From the NCBI GenBank assembly GCA_052327205.1, contig CM126205.1:273420001-273484000 (forward strand): a stretch of 64,000 nt of DNA, written 5' to 3'. The notes under the pieces were generated by a model. The model saw only the letters and a program-made list of their open reading frames with translations. It made no database searches and was not told the origin of the DNA. Position 1 is the stretch's first letter. Each line of letters starts with the position of its first letter. This stretch comes from Somniosus microcephalus (lineage: Eukaryota). The translations under genes were made by a program, and so were the position numbers. This document shows, in pieces, positions 52,695 to 64,000 of this stretch.

Positions 52695-55600
52695 AGAATC
52701 TCTGGATTATTACCTGAGCCACGAGCGAATTTGGCTAGGACAAATAAAATTAGAGAGTTAAATGCGTGGCTCAAAGACTGGTATGGGAGAAATGGGTTTT
52801 GCTTCCTGGGACACTGGCACCAGTACTGGGGCAGGAGGGAGCTGTTCCGTTGGGACGGGCTTCACTTGGCCAGTGCTGGGACTAGAGTCCTGGCGGATCA
52901 TATAACTAGGGCTGTAGAGAGGGCTTTAAACTAACTAGTCGGGGGGAGGTTCCTAGAGAGCAAATAATACAAATGACAACAGAGAAGGTCATAGACTTAG
53001 GTAGCAGTGGGGAAATTAAAAACCAGAGCATGTCCGGAAGGGGCAGAAGGTATGGAGTAAAAGGTAAAGTAATAAAAAGGGCAAAAGCAGGAACTAAGTG
53101 TCACAAAACATATTTGAAAGTTCTCTATCTGAATGCACGTAGCATTCGTAACAAAATAGACGAGTTAATGGCACAAATAACTACAAATGGGTATGATCTT
53201 GTGGCCATTACAGAAACATGGCTGCAGGGTGACAATGCCTGGGAATTAAACATACCAGGTTATTTAACTATCAGGAAGGACAAGCAGGAAGGAAAGGGAG
53301 GTGGGGTGGCTATGTTAATAAAGGGAGGAATCACTGTAATACAGAGAAATGTAAGAAATCACACAACACCAGGTTACATTCTTACATTTGTCCACCCCAG
53401 TCCAACTCCGGCATCTCCACACCATACAGAGAAATGATATCGGGTCAAAAGATCAGGTTAATGAAACAGTTTGGGTGGAGGTAAGGAATAATAAGGGGAA
53501 AAAAACAATAGTGGTCCTAGTCCATAGGCCTCCGAACAGTTGCAAATTTGTTGGACGGAGTATCAATCAGGAAATAGTTGAGGCTTGCAATAAGGGAACA
53601 TCTATAATTATGGGGGATTTGAACTATCATTTTGATTTGTCCAATTAATTTGGGCAGGGCTGCCTTGAGGATGAGTTCATTGAGTGTATTAGGGATGGGT
53701 TTCTTGAGCAGTATGTAACTGAACCAACCAGGGGGCAAGCAACCTTAGATCTGGTCCTGTGTAGCGAGACAGGATTAATTAAAAATGTCCTAGTAAAGGA
53801 TCCCCTTGGAATGAGTGACCATAACATGGTTGAATTCCATATTCAATTAGAGGGTGAGAAGGTTGGATCTCAAACAAGCATGCTAAGCTTGAATAAAGGA
53901 GACTATGAAGGTATGAGAGCGGAATTGAGTAGAGCGGATTGGGAAAATAGATTAAAGGGTAAGACGATACATGATCAGTGGTGTACATTTAAGGAGTTAT
54001 TTTACAACTTCCAAAAAAGATATATTCCACTGAAAAGAAAAGGGTGTAAAAGAAAAGACAGCCATCCGTGGCTAAGTAAAGAAATTAAGGATAGTATTCG
54101 ACTAAAAACAAGGGCATATAAGGTAGCCAAATCTAGTGGGAGGATAGAGGATTGGGAAAACTTTAAAAGACAGCAAAAAATAACAAAAAGATTGATTAAG
54201 AAAGGGAAGATAGATTATGAAAGTAAATGAGCAAAAAATATAAAAACAGATAGTAAGAGTTTTTATAGTTATATAAAAAGAAAAAGGGTGGCTAAAGTAA
54301 ATGTTGGTCCATTAGAGGATGAGACTGCGAAATTAATGGGGGGAAATATGGAGATGGCAAAAACACTGAATATTTTGTATCAGTCTTTACAGTAGAGGAC
54401 ACTAAGAATATCCCAACATTGGACAAACAGGGGGCTATAGGGGGGGGGGGGGGGGGGGGGAGGAGCTAAACAGAATCAAAATCACTAAGGAAGTGGTACT
54501 CGGTAAAATAATGGGACTCAAGGCGGATAAATCACCTGGACCTGATGGCTTACATCCTAGGGTCTTGAGGGAAGTGGCGGTAGGGATTGTGGATGCATTA
54601 GTAATAATTTTCCAAAACTCCCTGGACTCAGCAAAGGTCCCGGCAGACTGGAAAACTGCTAATGTAACACCCTTATTTAAAAAGGGCAGTAGACAGAAGG
54701 CTGGAAACTATAGACCGGTTAACCTAACATCTGTGGTAGGTAAAATTTTGGAGTCCATTATTAAGGTGACAGTAACAGGACATTTGGATAATCATAATTT
54801 AATAGGACAAAGTCAGAATGGTTTTATGAAGGGGAAGTCATGTTTGACAAATTTGCTGGAGTTCTTTGAGGAAGTAACATATAGGGTGGATAAAGGGGAA
54901 CCAGTGGACGTAGTGTATTTAGACTTCCAAAAGGCATTTGACAAGGTGCCACACAAAAGATTATTGCTCAAGATAAAAAATCACGGGATTGGGGGTAATA
55001 TTCTGGCATGGATAGAGGATTGGCTATCTAACAGAAGGCAGAGAGTTGGGATAAATGGTTCATTCTCAGACTGGCAATCAGTAACTAGTGGTGTTCCGCA
55101 GGGGTCGGTGCTGGGTCCCCAACTCTTTACAATCTATATTAACGATTTGGAGGAGGGGACCGAGTGTAACAAAGTTTGCAGATGATACTAAGATGGGAGG
55201 GAAAGTAGTGAGTGAGGAGGACATAAAAAACCTGCAAGGGGACATAGGCAGGCTAAGTAAGTGGGTAGAGATTTGGCAGATGGAATACAATGCTGGAAAG
55301 TGTGAGGTTATGCACTTTGGCAGGAAAAATCGTAGAGCAAGTTATTATCTTAATGGCAAGAAACTGGAAAGTACTGAAGTACAAAGGGATCTGGGGGTCC
55401 TGGTGCACAAAACTCAAAAGGTTAGTATGCAGGTGCAGCGAGTGATTAAGAAGGCCAATGGAATGTTGGCTTTCATTGCCAGGGGGATAGAATATAAAAA
55501 TAGGGAGGTATTGCTTCAGTTGTACAAGGTATTGGTGAGACCGCACCTGGAATACTGCATACAGTTTTGGTGTCCATACTTAAGAAAAGACATACTTGCT

Positions 55601-56233
55601 CTCGAGTCAGTACAAAGAAGGTTCACTCGGTTAATCCCGGGGATGAGGGGATGGACATATGAGGAGAGGTTGAGTAGATTGGGACTCTACTCAATGGAGT
55701 TCAGAAGAATGAGAGGCAATCTTATTGAAACATATAAGATTGTGAAGGGGTTGGATAGGGTGGATGCGGGGAGGATGTTCCCAATGATGGGTGAAACTAG
55801 AACTAGGGGGCATAGTCTTAGAATAAGGGGCTGCTCTTTCAAAACTGAGATGAGGAGGAACTACTTCACTCAGAGGGTGGTAGGTCCATGGAATATGCTG
55901 CCCCAAAAAGCTGTAGAAGCTACATCATTACATAAATTTAAAACAGAAATAGACAGTTTCCTAGAAGTAAAGGGAATTAAGGGTTACGGGGAGCAGGCAG
56001 GAATTTGGACATGAGTCTAGGTTCGGATCGGACATGGCCCGGTGGGTAGCGGAGCGGGCCCAGGGGCCATGTAGCCTGATCTTGCTCCTATTTCATGTGT
56101 CTAATTCTGTTAGATTCAGGAGATAGTTCTGTGATAGTAGATTGGCGGTTAGGATCAGATCAGCCATGATTTTATTGAATGGCGGAGCAGGCTCAAGGGG
56201 CCGATTGGCCTACTCCTATTTCTTATGTTCTTA
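52695..56233 (+). mobile_element. CR1 LINE: ORF1 C-terminus (SGNH-esterase-like DGLHL) plus almost complete, disrupted ORF2
   Basis: ELFRWDGLHL; [44 protein letters not shown]; TTCTTATG tail. Confidence 0.93.
53352..53423. mobile_element. 72-bp minimal Penelope (family A) insertion inside the CR1 endonuclease
   Basis: Perfect 13-bp TSD ATACAGAGAAATG (53339-53351/53424-53436); content is an inverted ~25-bp pLTR end plus the direct tail CATTTGTCCACCCCAGTCCAACTCCGGCATCTCCACACC. Confidence 0.88.
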
Positions 56234-58611
56234 CGTAATATCAATAGATGAAGGGCAAGAGTTTGGCTGTTTTTGTTAGAACAAAGAAAATTACATGGTG
56301 ATTTGATAGTGTTTACAATAATGATTGTCCAGAATGGGACAGAGTGATAGAAACAGACTGTTGTCAGTGATTGAGGGGCTTAGAACAAGGGGATAACAAT
56401 TAAACACAGATTTGGGACAGAACAGGATAAAAACTTTTTGCACAGAGGGATGCAAGTTTGTGAAATACATTACAGAAATCAGTGATTGAAGCAGAGACCA
56501 CGTCACCATTTAAGAATAGGTTAGATAGTTGGTGGAAGGAAAAGGGGGTTAAAGGGATTTGGGAACAGAACAGGCACATGAAATTAGAACTACCGCTCGT
56601 ATCGATGATAAACATCAACAAAAATTCGTTAGGCCAAAGGCCTTTTCTCTTTCTAATAACCTAAAAATTACAAGAGGTAAACACTGTTGGTAAGACAAAA
56701 CAAATGTAAAGAAAGTATGACAAACAATTAAAAGGAGCAGGGTTTTAATTACCTTATTCAATAGTATGGAGTAAATCAAATAGTTGTGACCAGCCTTTTA
56801 CACGGCAAGTTGTGATTATTATAGGTATGTATACAATCAGAAGGGAGTTGATGAATGCATTAAATGAAGAATAGAATGAGAGAAAAAAGAATGGGAAGAA
56901 ACTACCCTGGTGAACATCCAACCTAATAGAAAAAAAATGAGCAATCAACTAGAGCACAAATGAGTGATTTAGGCAGAAACTGGATGAACATACACCAGCA
57001 ATTTCCTCAGGGCTTCTCCTGCTCCACCACCATAACTTCAGTGGATATTTGGCATAAACAAGGTTTCTGGTGAAGTTATAGCGACTGCGCGGGAGAAACT
57101 CAATGAAATACCCAGCAATAGTTTTAGTAGGATGACACAAGGAAATACCAATGCAAGGGAAATTGGGCAGTAGTTAGAAAGGCAAGAGATTACCTTTCTT
57201 GGGGATACAATGAACATTCATAAATTTCCAATTGGGATGGGTGGACTGGGGTTGACAGTAAAGACAGCTCTGAAACAGAAGGAACAGTTCCTGGAATGTC
57301 AGAAAGACAGCAGTTGACACTTCTTTGCAATAAAGTTACTTTCAACTCCCAATAGTGGATTTATAGAAGTTACAAGCAGCAAGATTGCGGCTTCAGAATA
57401 ATTGATACCCCAGATGCAATAGGTAGAATTTTTACAAGAAACAGAACAGGCATGACTGAACCGAAAAAATAATGACAAATCTAACAAGATGAAAAGTGAG
57501 GTATGAAGACTTCTTTGCCTGCTCGAACATCAGTACTTCACTGGCACAGAGAGAGAGGTAGAGAAAGAATACCTGGCACTAAATTGAGTGTATAAGGAGA
57601 AGTTCAAAGGGGAAAAAACCTCAGGTTTGACAGGAGATAAAATGCATCAAGTCCACTAAACCTCAACTCACTCTTCTCTAGGTTGGCACTAAGTTTTTAA
57701 ATCACTAAAAGAAATCTCGGTTGTATTTAGTTTAATATTGAAAGTTTGGATTTCGATTTATATCGACTTAAAATCCAGCATGAGCAAATGCCACCTGACC
57801 CATCAAGCTCTCTACATCTAGAGTCCCGGATGAGCTGCATTTTCCTCCAATTAAACATTAGGAAGACAGAAGCCACCACCTTTAGGGGCTGCCCTAAAGT
57901 TCCATGCCAATAATTCCATTCCAGTCCCTGACCAGTCTCAGGCTGAACCAGACACTTCACAAACTGTGCCCTACTTCTGTCCTTGACCTCATGTCGACGT
58001 TGCCTCGAAGCTGCCCAGCTCGGTCGGTCCTGCACACCCCAGGACTGGCTTTTCCAATGTTAAATTTCAAACATGCACGAAACGGTGACTGGGCTGCGCA
58101 ACCACTTAAAGGGGCAGTGCACCCAAAAAAGTTTCATGGGAACATTCCACCATGTCCTCTCCATCACAAAGACTGTCTACTTTCACCACCTTAACATTGC
58201 CAGAGAGGGACAGACTGAATGTACAGGAGCTCCACTGCTATTGTATCAGACCTTGGGTCGGTAATCTGAGGTAGTGTGTGTACGGGGTGAGCGACAGAAT
58301 GAATGGAGAGAAGGTCCACTTGGGAGCCTTTTAGACCCTTAACTGAGCTTCTGACCAGATATCTTCTACATCACGAAGACCACCTACTTCCACCTCTAAT
58401 ATCGCCTGTCTCCACCCCTGCCTCAGCTCATCTCCAGACTCATGTCAACACTCTCCTAGCTGGCCTCCCAACTTCCACCCTCCATTAACGTGAGCTTTTC
58501 CAGAACTCTGCCAGCCATATCCGAACACACACCAAGTCCCACTCACCTATTAACCTATGTTCGGTGACCTACATTGGTTCCCAGTCCACCAATCAGTTGA
58601 TTCTAAACTGC

Positions 58612-58900
58612 TCACAGAATCACAGAAATCACAGAAACCCCACAGTGCAGATAGAGGCCATTTCGGCCCATCGAGCCTGCACCGACACATATCCCACCCG
58701 ATCCCCGTAACCCCTTCACCAACACATATCCCACCCTATCCCCACGTATTTAATCCCCCTAACACTAAGGGTCAATTTATCATAGCCAATCAACCTAACC
58801 CGCACATCTTTGGACTGTGGGAGGAAACCGGAGCACCCGGAGAAAACCCACGCAAACACGGGGAGAATGTGCAAACTCCACACAGACAGTCACCCGAGGC
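58612..58900 (-). mobile_element. 5'-truncated V-SINE (HE1-like)
   Basis: Reverse complement of ~59365-59630. Confidence 0.88.
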
Positions 58901-59298
58901 TTTAAAATTCCTCCGTGGCCTCACCTCTCCCCATCGTCCTCCAGCCCTACAATCTTCCAAGAACTCTGCGTTCCTCTAACTCCGGCCTCCTTTGCATCCC
59001 CCACTATTGGCTACTGTGCTTTCAGCCATCAAGGCCCCCAAGCTCTGGCATTCCCTCCCCAAAGCTCTCCGCCTCTCCACTTCTCTTTTAGTACCCTCTA
59101 ACACCTACATTTTTGGCCACAGCTCCTAATATCTTTGGCTTGGGTGTCAATTTGTGCCAGATTACACTCCTGCGCAGCATTGATGTTTTCCCACAAGAAA
59201 GGCACTATATAAATGCAAGTAGTTGTTGTTGATGGTGGTATACATAATTAGCAAATAGAATCATGAGGGGTAAAATGGCTTTTTTTTGTGCTGTGATT

Positions 59299-59630
59299 GG
59301 CAGCACGGTGGCATAGTGGTTAGCACTGTTGCCTCACAGCGCCAGGGACCCGGGTTCAAATCCGGCCTCGGGCGACTGTCTGTGTGGAGTTTGCACATTC
59401 TCCCCGTGTTTGCGTGGGTTTCCTCCGGTTTCCTCCCACAGTCCAAAGATGTGCGGGTTAGGTTGATTGGCTATGATAAATTGACCATTAGTGTTAGGGG
59501 GATTAAATACACGGGGATAGGGTGGGATATGTGTTGGTGACGGGGATCGGGTGGGATATGTGTCGGTGCAGGCTCGATGGGCCGAAATGGCCTCTATCTG
59601 CACTGTGGGGTTTCTGTGATTTCTGTGATT
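59299..59630 (+). mobile_element. tRNA-derived V-SINE (HE1-like), full length
   Basis: A box TGGCATAGTGG, B box GGTTCAAATCC, V-domain GGGTTTCCTCC..GGTTTCCTCCCACAGTCCAAAGA, CR1-like tail (TTTCTGTGA)n. Confidence 0.9.
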
Positions 59631-59754
59631 TGTTTGTTTGACGAATTATTAAAAGCAAATGATCAGAGGTTTATTGGATTCTGTCTAAATATGGGTCTGA
59701 AGAGAATCTACTAACATTCTGTATTCAATGCTTCACTGTTCAGAAACAATGGAG

Positions 59755-59896
59755 GTAATTTTAACCTAACTCACGCAGCAGGAAACTGAGGATCAACTGT
59801 CCATTTTACGCCCCGCCCAATTTATTTTCCATTAAAGTTAATTTTGTCCAATCCGATCCAGTCAATTTCCTGCCATGAGAGTTAGGTTAAAATTAC
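59755..59896. mobile_element. 142-bp hairpin MITE
   Basis: Perfect 18-bp inverted repeat GTAATTTTAACCTAACTC / GAGTTAGGTTAAAATTAC, extending imperfectly inward. Confidence 0.7.
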
Positions 59897-61164
59897 AACA
59901 TTCCCCTTCTCTTGTCAAAGAATATAAGCGAATTTACCAAATTAAAATGAATACAGATGAAAACCTAAAAATCTAAAAAAGTTCTAAACAGCACACCACC
60001 TCTCCTTGTTCAGCTGTGTTCAAACAGAACACTGCCATAATTGGAGTGAAACAGATTCCTCCTTTGACAAATTTATGAACTCTTGCACGTCAACTTACCT
60101 CTAAAATATCCTCCAATGTCATCCAAGATCAGCTGGTAACATTCTAGCCTCACTCCAAGACCTCAGCATAAAATAAGTTTGTTCTTTCAGTGGATGGCCA
60201 GCCTTAATCTTCAGGTGAGTGGGTATTACCATTGAATTTCATTAGTTACTCACATTACAAAGCACAACATTACTATCACTGCTTATTCAAGTTACTGGGA
60301 AAATGTTATCAGTCAATGTACGAATCACATTAAATCCCCAGAGATGCTTAACAAATATATTTTATTGACAACTCAGTTGACTAGAAATGGCATTTGGAGC
60401 TTAAACTGGATAGTTGATAATCTGGCAGTTGGGAATAAAGCACGGCCACTTTGGCTATTACTCATTCACACTCTCCTATAGCCAGCTCACTCAACTTCAG
60501 TGGTTTATCCTCCAGGTTGGCTACCATTTAGGTGTTAAAATAGTTGCAAAAGCTAAACAAGTGTATAAGTAGGTTCCCCAAGTGAGCAAAAAATCACCAT
60601 TTAATGTAATTCTAAACTATACAAACCAGAAGATCTCAACTTTGATGCATAATTTGTGCTAAGTTAGCTGATTCTTGGCCAGAGCAGAAGTTGGCATGAA
60701 CCAATTGGCCTCAGTTTCCCAGGCTAGAGAGAGAGTAAAGTTCAGCCGGATTCCTGAATCCTGTCCAATGACCCTTGCAGGTCTTGAGCACGAGTGGAAA
60801 TAATAATTCCAAGCCAAACATAACAGTACAGCCTTCAATTCTTCGACTGCTCTTTCTGGGAATAGGTTGAGTTCAACACGTTGAAACTCTCCACCTAGTG
60901 GCCCAAACTGAGAATAGGAAAAATTCTCAAAATAGATGTAGGGGGTTTTGGTTTGGGGTTTGTGTCCGGTCAGTCAGTCGTGTGCCTGAGCTGCCCCAGC
61001 CCCGTGCAGTTTGAATCGCTTCCCCTTTGGTTCTGACCACCGGATTTATTTACAAGTAGCGATACAGACAAACGAGACCAGTGATTCGGTGCAAAGAAAA
61101 CCAATGTTTATTAATGAGAGAAGTCACACAACACCAGGTTATAGTCCAACAGCTTTATTTGAAA

Positions 61165-61201
61165 TCACAAGCTTTCAGAGCGCTGCTCCTTCATCAGGTG
61201 A
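61165..61201 (-). ncRNA. Minimal hammerhead ribozyme (family A pLTR)
   Basis: Reverse complement: TCAC-CTGATGA-A-GGAGC agc GCTCT-GAAA-GCTT-GTGA. Confidence 0.8.
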
Positions 61202-62021
61202 AGTGAAGAGATGCATATAGGCACAGCATATATAGTCAGAGAACACTGCCAGATGATTACAGGTAATCTTTCTAACTGCCCTTTGTCACACCTCGACAGA
61301 GAGATAATCACAGCAATCAAAGGTGTGAATGGTGTCCAAACAGGTCAGTCAGGAAAACATTACATCAAAGAACAATGAGGTGGGGTCACAAGGGGTCAAA
61401 TGTTGCAGATGCTGGGGTCTGTATAACAAAAAAAAAAAATTTTTTTTGCTGGAAATCACAGCAGGTCCAGTCGCATCTGTATAGAGAGAACAAGCCGACG
61501 ACGATTTGAGTCTGGATGACTCTACGTCAGGTGGGGTTACATGTAACATGACATGAACCCAAGATCCCGGTTGAGGCCGTCCTCATGAGTGCGGAACTTG
61601 GCCATCAGTTTCTGCTCGACGATTTTGCATTGTCGTGTGTCTCGAAGGTCGCCTTGGAGAATGCTTACCCGAAGATCGGAGGCTCCCACGTAGAGTCATC
61701 CAGACTCAAGTCATCGGCGGCTTGTTCTCTCTACACAGATGCGACCGGACCTATGATTTCCAGCAAAAAAAATTTTTTTTTTTTTATTTGTTTTTTTATA
61801 CAGACCCCAGCATCTGCAACATTTGACCCCTTGTGACCCCCACCTCATTGTTCTTTAATGTAATGTTTTCCTGACTGACCTGTTTGGACACCATCCACAC
61901 CTTTGATTGCTGTGATTATCTCTCTGCCGAGGTGTGATAAAGGGCAGTTAGAAAGGTTACCTGTAATCCTCTGGCAGTGTTCTCTGACTATGTATGCTGT
62001 GCCTATATGCATCTCTTCACT

Positions 62022-62058
62022 TCACCTGACGAAGGAGCAGCGCTCTGAAAGCTTGTGA
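62022..62058 (+). ncRNA. Minimal hammerhead ribozyme (family A pLTR)
   Basis: TCAC-CTGACGA-A-GGAGC agc GCTCT-GAAA-GCTT-GTGA. Confidence 0.8.
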
Positions 62059-62524
62059 TTTCAAATAAAGCTGTTGGACTATAAACTGGTGTTGTGACTT
62101 CTCACATTTGTCCACCCCAGTCCAACACCAGCATCTCCACACCAATGTTTACTAAAAGAGAACAATTACTATACAGAGAAAATCACTATGGATGCAACAC
62201 AATTACACTTAACGGGGGAGGAGAAACGGACACATCGAGGGAAAATGACTAGAATGACACTTTAGCAATTCCCTTTAACTCCCACCCTTTACACCTATCT
62301 AGGTTATCTTGTGATGGGCCAGAAAATTGATGCTCACCAGTCTAGGATGTTGAAACGCCTGCTCCATGCCCTGTTGCCTGCCGATGTCTTAGGTTTTCAC
62401 CACCCCAAAGGAGATACCCCAGTAATTTAAACATAACTGCGGGTATTCTACTTCCCTGGACGGGCTCTTCGTCGACGGTCCTTTTTGCTGGGTTGATGGT
62501 AAGGCACGGCACCGGATTCAAGGC

Positions 62525-62526
<2 letters not shown>

Positions 62527-62563
<37 letters not shown>
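62527..62563. repeat. (GA)n microsatellite within the LTR
   Basis: Direct inspection. Confidence 0.95.
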
Positions 62564-62566
<3 letters not shown>

Positions 62567-63553
62567 CGGCTTCCCGAGGGACTAGTTATAGCCTTCCCGG
62601 TAGCCCTTATCTCCTGCCAGATCAGCTCATTTCTTTTGTCTAATCTGGACGTATTGAAACTTATACAAAAGGTACCGATCTGGGCCCATCGACCTGGATG
62701 GCCGGTAATCGGTTTTACTGATCTCAGTGTTCCCCTTTGTCCAACTGGTTTCGTGATGGGGCCATTCCAGTCTGAATGCCCCGTTGTTAGTTTGTAAACA
62801 GTGTTGATGTTCTCTAAACAAAGGCCTGAATGCTGCTCAGCTTGTCCCACTACATATTCAATAGGCCCCGACTGCTGTTGATTGTTTGTGCAAACAACCT
62901 TGATGGCTTATAATCAGAGGCCCAAATGCCACTGGGTTTGCTTCTAATGCATAAATGCAGAAGGTCTGTCTGCATTCGAGTTCTGGAAAGTTCCTTCTCA
63001 CAGTCATCAGAATACAAGCTATCAGTCCAAACTGAAACTTACAGGCTTTTGCCATGAGGCTGACCGCAGCCATCTTGTTGTGCCCTGGATTTTAAACTCA
63101 GTCCAACCAGGGTTTCTTTAATAAACCAAAAGTAAATCTTCGGGGGAGACATGAAATTTGCGAATCCTTTCAGTCCCCCCTAGGATACTGAAACTTGCTT
63201 GAAGTGTCCAGTCAAGGTGAGCAACATTTCTGACCCCCCCACAAACAACCTTCCCCTATATTTATATATCCACGATCCCCCGACACATAGATTTCCCCTT
63301 ACTTAGAGAAAACTGTAATGCGCAGCAGGTATCTATTGATAGAAAATATAATCTGTTACAATAATCCAAGCACGGAAGGGGTCCAATACCCCTGCACTAC
63401 TTAGGACATCATAAAACTTTATTACAACACACAATCATTAATAAAATTATCAGGCCAAAACCATATTTATTAAAAATAACAAACGGAAGGAACGAGCTTT
63501 ATTAAAAATAACAAACGGATCTGCCATCACTCGGCAGCGATATGACACAAAGC

Positions 63554-64000
63554 TCACACGGGTGTTTCTCCTTCCGCCCGGGCATACCGGTCCTTCCACA
63601 ACCTTTGCGCTTTAAATTCTACCTCGGGGCCCTTTCTCCTACACTGGACACAAACCAGGTAGAGGACGATCCCTAGCTTACAGACGACTAAGATGTGGGA
63701 TACAATACAATCCAGGAGGGGACCTCTACTTTCAAAAACGTCCCACCAGGGTGGGGTCATAATAGCTAAAATGTCGGCCCCTAGCTGTACAGTCTTCTAT
63801 TCCAAAGTGTAGAAGTGCTTTTGTGATACTAGAACGGCTTTTAATAATTTGGTAAGGTGCTCTGGGAGAGGGGGAATCGGGTAACCGAAGTGGGCGACAT
63901 ATTTTTGGAGGTGGGTAAAACTCTCCTCCACAGTGAGGTGAACAGTGGACGGTTCAGAAATGGGGACAATTCGTGTCTGTGCCACTTGAACTTCTGCCTC
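63554..64000 (-). pseudogene. C-terminus of an env-like membrane glycoprotein of the provirus (one in-frame stop at 63797-63799); continues beyond the window
   Basis: ORFs 63797-63985 and 63554-63760 share one frame: heptad-like LTKLLKAVLVSQKHFYTLE*KTVQLGADILAI, PPWWDVF, hydrophobic IVSHILVVCKLGIVLYLVCV, then basic RRK; lies just upstream of the PPT/3' LTR. Confidence 0.6.

Larger units (their letters stand above)
61115..62143. mobile_element. Palindromic Penelope (family A) insertion: inverted pLTR plus GIY-YIG tip, then direct pLTR with tail
   Basis: 61115-61684 is the reverse complement of ~29065-29640; 61685-62143 is a direct pLTR; TSD-like ACCAATGTTTA(T/C)TAA (61100-61114/62141-62155). 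Confidence 0.9.
60937..63172 (-). mobile_element. 3' LTR of an ERV-like provirus (minus strand), interrupted by a palindromic PLE
   Basis: Minus strand: PPT-like AGGGGGGAC then TGAAAGGATTCGC ... CCCCTACA; (TC)n inside; start resembles TGTAGGATTCGC of the LTR at 26921. Confidence 0.8.

Noticed and set aside
59299-59375. tRNA gene
   Set aside because: A/B boxes continue directly into the V-domain and LINE-like tail, so this is a SINE head
63464-63519. Direct repeat TTTATTAAAAATAACAAACGGA x2
   Set aside because: Simple local duplication in the proviral 3' untranslated region

Overview
Repeat-dominated vertebrate genomic DNA, very probably from a cartilaginous fish (shark-type CR1 LINEs, HE1/V-SINE-like SINEs, Neptune-type Penelope-like elements); the host is inferred, not proven. 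No intact host protein-coding gene can be identified. The window holds two decayed Gypsy LTR retrotransposons (1-4398; 4870-9502, the latter full-length and CsRn1-like with a tRNA-Trp PBS and CHCC Gag motif) and a fossil PIF/Harbinger transposase. A CpG-island promoter (~25.0-25.5 kb) has consensus splice donors on both strands. There are three ERV-type LTRs, one preceded by an env-like C-terminus at the right edge, plus many CR1/L2/RTE fragments and MITEs. The most informative system is a set of Penelope-like elements whose pseudo-LTRs carry minimal hammerhead ribozymes. One family is present as a direct insertion, a palindromic insertion and a 72-bp minimal insertion. Two of these sit near the poly(A) signals of related ERV LTRs, and one leaves an intact GIY-YIG nuclease frame that could be spliced in-frame to the CpG-island first exon.
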